A stretch of 64,000 nt of DNA from Chloroflexota bacterium. Its GTDB lineage: Bacteria > Chloroflexota > Dehalococcoidia > UBA2979. The position numbers were made by a program, and so were the translations under genes. The DNA lies in the NCBI GenBank assembly GCA_027593235.1, contig JAQCIU010000005.1, positions 70,129 to 134,128 on the forward strand, written 5' to 3'. Shown here piece after piece: positions 30,646-39,267 of this stretch; positions within the stretch are counted from its first letter, which is position 1, and the number at the start of each line of letters is the position of its first letter. The notes under the pieces were generated by a model that saw nothing but the letters and a program-made list of their open reading frames with translations, made no database searches and was not told the origin of the DNA.

Positions 30646-30897
30646 ACCTGTTCTCCCGTTCAACGCTGAAGCCGGCCGGTGCTCGACGCCTCATCCTGCC
30701 GCTGCCGACGGATCCCCCGCGGCTGCCGCGAACCGGCGCGAACCATCGCTGGACGATACAGCATCCTCGCGACCGGTTCGGCCCCGAAAACGCCCTCGAA
30801 ATGGCCCTGACCGCACGTCAGGTTTGACGACGGTCCGCAGCGCTCTACACTCCGGCTGAGGCATCGGCACGATGTCAGTCGCGGCGGGGACGGTTCC

Positions 30898-33242
30898 GTG
30901 ACCAACGACAGGCCCACTGGCGGCGAGCCCCCGAACGAGGGCCTCGCACAGTTCGCGCACTCCACCGAGGGCAGCGTGAATGCCGTGCTGCGCTCTGTCG
31001 GCTCCCTGCTCGTTACCTTGGGCGGCATCCAGCGCCCCGATCGCGACTCCCCGCTGCAACCGACCGCGGCCACTCCACCCCTCGAGGCCCCACCCGCCTA
31101 CGTCAGCCCGCCCACGCACGCGGCCTTCACTGCGCCGCCCCTGCCGGCGCCGACCCCAGCCCCTCCGATCCCGACGACGCTCGCGCCGTCGCCACCGCCG
31201 CCGTTCGCGAACATCCCTTCCTCCGTTCCGCGCGCCAACGCGCCCGCCCCACCCCCAACACAGCCGCAGTCTTACCCGACCAGTCCGCCTCACGAGGACC
31301 TTGAGACCGACGACGAGATCCGGCTCGTCCTCTCGGACGCCCGCGAGCGCGCGCACCAGCTCATCGAAGATTCCGTCGAACAGGCTCGTGCGATGTTCGA
31401 GCGCAAGACCGAACAGGCGCCGGACACCACGTCCACCGCGCTCTCCGCTGCGCAGGCTGCCGTCCTCCAGCAGCTCGGGGCCGGCATCGAACGACTGACC
31501 GGGGATCTCGGCAAGCTGCGCGGCACCGTGGACGGCCGCTTCACCAGCCTCGACGGACGTCTTGGCTCGATCGAACGCAACGTCGGCGGCGTCACCGGCC
31601 GCTTCGGCGATTTCGATCTCCGCGTCCAGGGGCTCCGCCACGCCACCGAATCACTCGCCGAGCGCCTCGGCACCTTCGACGACCGCTTCGAGGCGCTGCA
31701 GCGCGGCACCCGCGCCGTCGATGAACGCGCACGAATCATCGACAGCCGCAGCGCCGCCATCGAGGAACGACTCGCCTCCCTCGGTGCCTCGATCGACCGC
31801 ATCGGCGACAGCGTTCACTCCACCGATCCCCTCGCCGTCGCCGCCATCGAGGAGCGACTCGCTTCCCTCGGCGCATCGATCGACCGCATCGGCGACAGCG
31901 TTCGCTCGACCGATCCCCTCGCTGTCGCCGCCATCGAGGAACGACTCGCCTCCCTCGGCGCCTCGATCGACCGCATCGGCGACAGCGTTCACTCCACCGA
32001 TCCCCTCGCCGTCGCCGCCATCGAGGAGCGACTCACCTCGCTCGCTGCCTCGATCGACCGCATCGGCGACAGCGTCGACTCGTCCGACGGCCTCGGTGCA
32101 ACGCTCATCCAGGAGCGGCTCACCGCCCTCGACACCACGGTCGGCGGTGTCGTCGACAACCTCGGCCACGTCGACCGCCGCATCGGCGCCGTCGATGAGC
32201 GCATCAACAGCCTTCGCTCCACGATCGAACGCGTCGGTGGTGATGTCGGACGAGCCGACGGGCGCGTCGGCGGCTTCGATGAACGCCTCACCGGCCTCGG
32301 CACCTCCGTCGGTCGCGTCGTCGAGACCGTCGGGCGGGTGGACACCCGCATCGGCATCTTCGACGAACGCCTCACCGGCCTCGGTTCCACCGTCAGTCGC
32401 GCCGTCGACAACCTCGGCCGCCTCGACGGGCACACCAGCGAAGTCGACACGCGACTCACCGCGCTCGATCGCACCATCGGCACGATCGGTCAGCGCCTCG
32501 CAGACATCGAGACCGCGCTCACCGCGCTCGCGGAGCGACCGCTCGCTCCCCCGCCGCCCGCCGTCACACCCGAAGACACCAGCGCCGCACGCCCGGTCGC
32601 TCGTCCTGCGGCCTCGGTGCCGCGTCCCGGCATCGCGCAGCCCGCACCACCTGCCAGCACGCCGGCGGATCCTACCGCTGCACCACGGCCTGCCGAGGCG
32701 GCTCAGGCACCCAGCGCACACGCGCCCGCCGCCGAGATCCCCGCCGCGCCGACTCCTGCCGCCGAGCGTCCTGCCACCGAGAGTCCGAGCGAAGAAGCGA
32801 CCACCTCGGAAGGCGTGACGCCCTCGATCGCTGCCGTTGAGCGCCCGGCGCCCGTGGCCGCCGTCCCGCCAGCGCTCGCCACGCCAGCGACTCCCGCCGC
32901 CGCCAGTTCCAGCACGACGAGTCAAGCCGCTGCGACCCTCGTCGCCGATCCCGGAGCCGTTCGCTTCGATCCCGCGGGCGGCTCGCTTGTCGTCCGCGTC
33001 TTCCCCATCTCTGGATTCCAGGGCCTCATGCGCGTCCAGGACGCGCTCGCCCGCGTCCCCGCCGTGCGCGCCGCCACCGTGGAGGCGCCTACGCGCAGGG
33101 CGAAGCACGCCTCCGCGTGCAACTCAGCGCGGCCGCCATCTCCGCCGACCTCGCCGGCGGACTCCACGATCGCCTCAACCAGGTCGCCCGGGTGCGGGCG
33201 GCGTCGGTCGCCGACCGTAGCGTGCTGATCGTCCTCGAATAG
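30898..33242 (+). CDS. Long Pro-rich/coiled-coil repeat protein; apparent frameshift near 33085-33089, probable true stop at 33240-33242
   Basis: The ORF track gives 30898..33228. After VEA, the shifted frame reads AYAQGEARLRVQL...SVLIVLE*. Confidence 0.7.
31753..32100 (+). repeat. Four tandem 87-bp (29-aa) coding repeats
   Basis: Units start at 31753, 31840, 31927 and 32014 and encode AAIEERLASLGASIDRIGDSVHSTDPLAV; the fourth unit diverges. Confidence 0.95.
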
Positions 33243-33276
33243 CTCGCGCTCACCCCTCCACGGAGGACTCATCGCC

Positions 33277-34821
33277 TTGACCTCATCCACCGCGCTCCCG
33301 CGTGCCGCGAACCAACCGCGTCCGCCCTCCAGCGGCGGGGGAAAGCTCGCCGCGGCCGCGATCATCGCGGCGATCGGTGTGCTGGGGGTCAACGCCGCCG
33401 TGCTCTACGGCGTCCTCGAACGCGTCGATGCCCGCATCTTCGCTGTCCAGGTGTTCGTCACGCTGCTCCTGTTAATCGCCGCGCTGCTCCACTTCCGCCA
33501 GCTCGCCCGCGAACGGCGCCGCTTCGCCCTCACCACGATCCTCGCCGATCTCGCCGCCGAACCCAGCGGCATCCAGGTCACCGCCCAGCAGGCCCTCGAC
33601 GCGCTCGTCGCGAACCAGGTGGCCGTCGTCGCGCTCGTCGCGCTCGCTGACGACGACGACTCCGAGGGCGAGATGCGCCCCGTCGCCACGCACGGGTACC
33701 CGCATGGCTGGCTCGCCGAGGCGCGGCCGCGCGCACTACCCGCCCCCAACGCCTACATCGAGTTCGGGCGCGACGACGATCATCCCTGGGTCACCGTCAT
33801 CGCCGACGCGGTCGGTGGACGACCGTGGGTCGCGCGCATCCCGCTGCGCAGCGCCGCCAACCCCTTCGGCGTGCTCCTCCTCGCCGCTCGCAAGCCCGGC
33901 CTCCTGGAGGACGAACTGCTGCTCGAACGCCTCGGTGCCCAGCTCGCCACCGCCCTCGATCACGCCGCGATGTACGAAGCCGCCTACGATCGCGAACAGC
34001 GCCTCGAAGCGCTCGATGTCCGCCGTCGCGACTTCATCGCGGCGCTCGCGCACGAGGTACGCACACCGCTCACCTCGATCCAGGCGTTCGCCGATCTGTT
34101 GCACCTCCAACCGGTCGCGATGGATGAGACGGCCGAGCAGCTCGTCAGCTCGCTGACTCAGGGCGTCCAGCGGCTGAGGCTGCTCGTGGACGACCTCCGC
34201 TATCTCGGGCAGTCGCAGTCGATCGGCTTCACAGTCAGCCCCACCGCGGTCTCGGTACCGGCGCTGTTCACCGCGATCGAGACACTGCTGCGTCCCGCGT
34301 ACTTGCTCCGCGAGCAAACCCTCGCGATCGAAATCGCCGAGGGAGCCACGGTCATCCGCGCCGATCAGCAGCGGTTGGAACAGGTCCTGCTCAACCTCCT
34401 CGTGAACGCCAATCGCTACACCCCGCTCCGCGGGCCCGTCAGCCTCCGTGCGGTTGCCAACGACAGCGTCATCCGCATCGAGGTCGATGATTCCGGCGAA
34501 GGGATCCCCGCCAACCTCCGCGAACGCATCTTTGACCCGTACTACCGCGTTGATCGCAGCGATCCCGCCATCCACGGCTCCGGGCTTGGACTCGCCGTTG
34601 CCCGGCAGCTCATCGCCCTCCAGTCCGGGCGGATCTGGGTGGAGGACTCGCCGACCGGCGGCGCCCGCTTCTGCGTTGAACTCCCGAGGGTGATCGAACG
34701 GCCCGTCGTCCCACCGCTCCCAACCCCAGACCCGGAAGCCCACGCAGCGACCGCGGTCGTGGTCAACGAGTCCACGGATCCCGACACAACGGCCGAATCA
34801 GCGGACACGGTCGGTGCCTGA
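33277..34821 (+). CDS. Membrane sensor histidine kinase (2 TM, GAF-like, HisKA, HATPase)
   Basis: AHEVRTPLT, NLLVNA, DSGEGI and GSGLGL. Confidence 0.9.
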   Translation: MTSSTALPRAANQPRPPSSGGGKLAAAAIIAAIGVLGVNAAVLYGVLERVDARIFAVQVFVTLLLLIAALLHFRQLARERRRFALTTILADLAAEPSGIQVTAQQALDALVANQVAVVALVALADDDDSEGEMRPVATHGYPHGWLAEARPRALPAPNAYIEFGRDDDHPWVTVIADAVGGRPWVARIPLRSAANPFGVLLLAARKPGLLEDELLLERLGAQLATALDHAAMYEAAYDREQRLEALDVRRRDFIAALAHEVRTPLTSIQAFADLLHLQPVAMDETAEQLVSSLTQGVQRLRLLVDDLRYLGQSQSIGFTVSPTAVSVPALFTAIETLLRPAYLLREQTLAIEIAEGATVIRADQQRLEQVLLNLLVNANRYTPLRGPVSLRAVANDSVIRIEVDDSGEGIPANLRERIFDPYYRVDRSDPAIHGSGLGLAVARQLIALQSGRIWVEDSPTGGARFCVELPRVIERPVVPPLPTPDPEAHAATAVVVNESTDPDTTAESADTVGA

Positions 34822-34846
34822 GCCGGGCATGGGATAATCAGATCCC

Positions 34847-36010
34847 ATGCGCCTGACCCACCTCTCGCTCGCCAACGTCCGCACCTACGAGCGGCTGGAA
34901 CTCGACCTCGATCGCGGCATCCACGTCGTCGCCGGGGAGAACGCGGCCGGCAAGTCGAACCTGCTCGACGCCGTCGCGATGCTCGCCACTACCCGCAGTC
35001 ACCGCGGCGGCAACGATGCCGATCTCATCAACTGGACCGCCCTCGCCAACGAGCCGCTTCCGGGCGCTCGGATCTTCGGGCAGATCGCCACGAAACACGG
35101 GACCGCCACCCTTGAGATCGCCGTCGTCGCCGGCGAGCCGGGCGCGGACGGCAACCGGAAGGCATCACGTCGCTTCCGCCTCAATGGCGTCGCGCGCCGA
35201 GCCTCTGATCTGATCGGGCAACTCCGGGTCGTGATGTTTTCCGCGGACGATCTCACCATCATTTCCGGCTCACCCTCGGGGCGTCGTCGCTACCTCGATC
35301 TCACCATCTCGCAGTTCAGCCCGCCCTACGTACGCGCCTCGCAGCGCTACAACCGCGTACTTCAGCAGCGCAACAGCCTCCTCCGCACGCTGCGCGAACG
35401 CCGCGGCAACCTCACCGAACTCGCGTTCTGGGACGATGAACTCGCCGCCTCCGGCGCGGTGATCGTCCAGGCTCGCGCCAACGCGCTCGCCCGCCTCGGT
35501 GCGGACGCCGCGGCCCGCTACCCCACGCTCGGCGCCGCCGAGGAGTCACTCGCTGTCTGCTACCGCCCCGCGCTCCCCGACGAGCTCCTTCCGGCGACCG
35601 GCGCGCGTGACTTCGAGGCGCAGTTCCGCGCCGCCATCGAGGCCGGCCGCCAGCAGGATGTGTGGCGCGGCGCCACCCGCATCGGCCCTCATCGCGACGA
35701 CATCAGCTTCCAGATCGATGGCCATGACGCCTCGGTCTCCGCGTCGCGCGGACAACAACGCACCGCCGCACTCGCGCTCCGCCTGTCCGAGGTCGATCTC
35801 TCCACCAAGACCACCGGCGATCCGCCGGTGCTCCTGCTCGACGACATCCTCTCGGAACTGGACTCGCGTCACCGCGATCGCATCCTCCACACCGCCTACG
35901 CCGTGGATCAGGTCCTGATCACCACGCCCGACCCCGATCGCCCGGGATCCGGGGAGCTGCCCAACGCCATCCGCTATCAGCTCGCGGACGGCATCCTCAC
36001 GCCGATCTAG
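34847..36010 (+). CDS. recF: DNA replication/repair protein RecF
   Basis: GENAAGKSN, RRRYLD, GPHRDD, SRGQQR and LLDDILSELD. Confidence 0.95.
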   Translation: MRLTHLSLANVRTYERLELDLDRGIHVVAGENAAGKSNLLDAVAMLATTRSHRGGNDADLINWTALANEPLPGARIFGQIATKHGTATLEIAVVAGEPGADGNRKASRRFRLNGVARRASDLIGQLRVVMFSADDLTIISGSPSGRRRYLDLTISQFSPPYVRASQRYNRVLQQRNSLLRTLRERRGNLTELAFWDDELAASGAVIVQARANALARLGADAAARYPTLGAAEESLAVCYRPALPDELLPATGARDFEAQFRAAIEAGRQQDVWRGATRIGPHRDDISFQIDGHDASVSASRGQQRTAALALRLSEVDLSTKTTGDPPVLLLDDILSELDSRHRDRILHTAYAVDQVLITTPDPDRPGSGELPNAIRYQLADGILTPI

Positions 36011-37017
36011 CGATCACCATCGCGACCGAACAGCGGGTTCACCCCGCCCGGCACCACCACCGTCAGCGAACGCGGGGCGACCCAGATCCGCAACGGCGCA
36101 TCCGGTCCGGCAACCCCGATGAACTCGCCATCCGCCTGCACCGCCAGCTCGCGCGCTGGCCGCAGTTCCACGCTCGTCGTTCGCTCGTACCGGAGCCCAT
36201 CTACGTGGGCCTCGCGCAGGCTGCCGCGCAACGCCCCAACCACCAGCCGCGCGCGTCGCGCCGCCGCCCGCAACCGTCCCCCGCGCGCATCCTCGAACGT
36301 CACGAGGTCCAGCGCGCCATCGTCCATCACCGCGCCCCCCGCCAACCGCAGCACGCCGCCGTACAGCCGCGTGTTGCCCGCGAGCGCCAGTAGCAGCGGC
36401 GCCACGCGTTCCGAGCCGGCGTCGCCGCCCACCCGATCGAGGGCGATCGTCGTCTCCACGGACCGTGCGAACAGCGCACGCAGACCCGGCCAGGCGAACG
36501 CGACGCGGCCAAGTCGCCGCTTCGTCGCCGGGCGCTGTTCCACCGCGCGCACCGTCTCCGCGTCGATCCCGGCGCTGCACATCAACAGGAAGTGCCGCGG
36601 CTCCGCCGCGCCGATCTGGACCACCCCGGTGTCCACGCGCACCCGCCGGCCCGCGCTTAGGAGGCCCAGCGCTGCCGCCGGATCGCCCGCAATCCCCACC
36701 TCGCGCGCCCACACGTTCGCGGTGCCGCCAGGGATCACCGCCAGCGCCGTCTCGCTGCCCACCAGCCCGTTTGCGGTCTCGTTCAGGGTCCCGTCGCCAC
36801 CGCAGGCCACAACCACCTCGGTGCCCGCGCTCGCCGCGGCTCGTGCGAGTTCCTCGGCATCTCCGCGTGCAGCCGTGTCGACCACTCGCGCGTCCCAGCC
36901 CGAGGCGCGAATCGCCTCCAACGGGCCGCTCAGCGCGGAATCGGCGGCGGGGTGACGGGCGCCGGGGTTGCGGATGATCAGCACGCGCGCGGTCGCTGAG
37001 GAGGTGGGGTCGGGCAT
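36007..37017 (-). CDS. Diacylglycerol kinase family lipid kinase
   Basis: NPGA, GGDGTLNE, PGGTAN and QADGE. Confidence 0.9.
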   Translation of the reverse strand: MPDPTSSATARVLIIRNPGARHPAADSALSGPLEAIRASGWDARVVDTAARGDAEELARAAASAGTEVVVACGGDGTLNETANGLVGSETALAVIPGGTANVWAREVGIAGDPAAALGLLSAGRRVRVDTGVVQIGAAEPRHFLLMCSAGIDAETVRAVEQRPATKRRLGRVAFAWPGLRALFARSVETTIALDRVGGDAGSERVAPLLLALAGNTRLYGGVLRLAGGAVMDDGALDLVTFEDARGGRLRAAARRARLVVGALRGSLREAHVDGLRYERTTSVELRPARELAVQADGEFIGVAGPDAPLRIWVAPRSLTVVVPGGVNPLFGRDGDR

Positions 37018-37058
37018 CAACGAATCCTACCGGCAGCTCACCCCGGCGCTAGGCCATA

Positions 37059-38210
37059 GTGAGCGCCCCCCTAGAATCGACCCACCCCGCCGTGGCAGAG
37101 AGCACGAGTCCGCCGATGATCGACGTCACACGCATCGACCACATCAGCATGGCGGTGCGTGATCTCGATCCCCAGATCGAACTCCTCGAGCGCCTCTTTG
37201 GCTTTCGCTACCGCAGCCGCTTCAAGCAGCCGGGGTACGTTGGCGCCGAACTCGAAGTCCCCGGACGTTCCGGGATCGCCTGGGAAATCCTCGCGCCCGA
37301 CGGCCCGGACTCCTACCTCCACCGCTTCCTCGACAGCGAGAACGGCCCGGGGCTCCACCACGTCGCCATGCAGGTCCGCGATCTCCCGAGCACGGTCGAA
37401 CACATGCGCTCGCTCGGTATCGAGCCCTGGGGCTACGAACCCGATCCGCCCCCTGCCGCGGATCACGAACCCGCCGCCCCGGTGCTACCCGATCCGACGC
37501 CACGCGCCCCCGAACGGACCGCCGATGGCGGGCCAGACGCCCCGCCCGGCTCCGTCGCCTACATCCATCCGCGCGGTGGCGGCGCCGGCTTCCTCTTCCA
37601 GCTCTACGCGGGCGCGCCCTGGCACCTCCCCGATCCGTTCGAGGATGAACGGTCGGACACCCTGGGCATCACCGCCATCAACGCGCTCTCCCACGCTCAC
37701 TACAGTCGCCAGGAGCTGGGCGACTGGTACGAGCAGCTCTTCCAGTTCCCGACGCTCCACCGCACTGCCGTCGGGCTCTCCGAAACCAGCTTCAGCTCGC
37801 GCATCCTCGAAACACCCGGCGCGCAACTCCGCTTCGAGGTGATGCAGCCGATCCGCGAGGACTCGTTCCTCCAGCGCTTCCTGGATCGCCGTGGCCCCGC
37901 GATCCACCACGTCTCTTTCGAGGTCCGCGATCTCCCGCGCGCCATCCTCGCCTGCAACCGCAACGGCGTCCGCGTCCTTGGTCAGCGCTCGGGTGAGTCG
38001 CAGGGCGCCCGCTGGAGTGAGGCGTTCCTTGCGCCGGAGAACACCGGCGGCATGCTCGTCCAGATCTTTGCGTGGCAATCGCTCGACCCGGTCGCGGCCG
38101 CTCAGCCGCTCGACGAACCGGCACCAGCAGAACCCGCGGTCGATGCGCCCGGATTCGAGGATGACTCGGCCGACCCCTCCCCGATCGATCCGCCGGAGGA
38201 TGCGCGCTAG
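37059..38210 (+). CDS. Tandem two-domain VOC protein (methylmalonyl-CoA epimerase-like)
   Basis: IDHISMAV, and GPGLHHVA / GPAIHHVS in the two halves. Start may be ATG 37116. Confidence 0.8.
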   Translation: MSAPLESTHPAVAESTSPPMIDVTRIDHISMAVRDLDPQIELLERLFGFRYRSRFKQPGYVGAELEVPGRSGIAWEILAPDGPDSYLHRFLDSENGPGLHHVAMQVRDLPSTVEHMRSLGIEPWGYEPDPPPAADHEPAAPVLPDPTPRAPERTADGGPDAPPGSVAYIHPRGGGAGFLFQLYAGAPWHLPDPFEDERSDTLGITAINALSHAHYSRQELGDWYEQLFQFPTLHRTAVGLSETSFSSRILETPGAQLRFEVMQPIREDSFLQRFLDRRGPAIHHVSFEVRDLPRAILACNRNGVRVLGQRSGESQGARWSEAFLAPENTGGMLVQIFAWQSLDPVAAAQPLDEPAPAEPAVDAPGFEDDSADPSPIDPPEDAR

Positions 38211-39196
38211 GTGCCCTGACTTCCGGTGAGGTGCTCGATTGCCGGCTGGGTGCCGTAGACCATCAAGCGATCCCCCACGTGCAACACCTCGGAGCCCTGC
38301 GGGCCGACGACCAGCCGACCGCCCTTGTGCTCCACACCCAGCAGGCGCACCTCCGTATTGCCGCCGAAGATGTCAACGATCGTTCGTCCATCGAAGCCGC
38401 TGGCCTCGTCGATCTCCAGCTCCGCCAGGATGTGATCGTCCTCGGACTGCCGGCTCGCCAGCGTGTCCACAAAGTCCAGCACCAGTGGCTGCACCACGCT
38501 CAACGCCATGCGCCGGCCGGCGATCTGATACGGAGAGATGAAGCGGCTCGCGCCCGCGGACAGCATTCGCTGCCCCGCGTTCGCGCTACCCGCGCGCGCC
38601 ACTATGAACAGGTCCGGGTTCAGCGAACGCGCGGTCAACACCGTGTACGTGTTCCCGACATCGGAGTCGGCGGCCGCCACCAGCGCGCGGGCACGGACCA
38701 CCCCCGCCTCGCGCAGCACCGTCTCCTCGGTCACATCCCCGGCCACCACCGTAAATCCCAGTTCCGTAGCTTCCCGCAGCGCCCCTGGATTGTTGTCGAC
38801 CACCACGAACTCCACACGGTGGCTCTTCAGATCGATCGCGATCTCCTGCCCCACCCGTCCGAAGCCGCAGACAATCACGTGTCGTTCCATCCGCCGGACC
38901 TTCCGTCCTGAGCGCTGCCGCCCCAGCAGGCTCCGCACCTCACCCGCAACGACGACCTCTACAACCGCCGTCGCCGTATAAAACATCAGCCCAAGGCCCG
39001 CCAGGATGAACACCATCGTGAAGACCCGGCCACTCGTATCGAGTGGACGCACCTCGGAGTACCCGACCGTGGAGAGCGTGGTCACCGTCTGGTACGCCGC
39101 CTCGAGGAACGTGAAGCCCTCGACGAACCCGTACCAGCCCATCCCGATCGCGAATACCGCGCTGAGGAGCGCCATTGGCAGCACAAGTCGATGCAC
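38207..39196 (-). CDS. Potassium channel protein with RCK (TrkA-N/C) domains
   Basis: Pore segment TLSTVGYS, CGFGRVG and a C-terminal TrkA-C region. Confidence 0.9.
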   Translation of the reverse strand: MHRLVLPMALLSAVFAIGMGWYGFVEGFTFLEAAYQTVTTLSTVGYSEVRPLDTSGRVFTMVFILAGLGLMFYTATAVVEVVVAGEVRSLLGRQRSGRKVRRMERHVIVCGFGRVGQEIAIDLKSHRVEFVVVDNNPGALREATELGFTVVAGDVTEETVLREAGVVRARALVAAADSDVGNTYTVLTARSLNPDLFIVARAGSANAGQRMLSAGASRFISPYQIAGRRMALSVVQPLVLDFVDTLASRQSEDDHILAELEIDEASGFDGRTIVDIFGGNTEVRLLGVEHKGGRLVVGPQGSEVLHVGDRLMVYGTQPAIEHLTGSQGT

Positions 39197-39267
39197 GCGT
39201 CGGCTCCGCCTACACGCGACCGCTCACCACGGCCACGCAAGTCCCGGTTCGAAGTCCGACCCGGAGG

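Noticed and set aside
31753-32100. 87-bp repeats as a CRISPR array
   Set aside because: There are no unique spacers, the units are in-frame with mostly synonymous changes, and no cas genes are present.
39050-39075. TVGYS instead of TVGYG in the K+ channel filter
   Set aside because: Such variants occur in prokaryotic RCK channels, so this is not distinctive.
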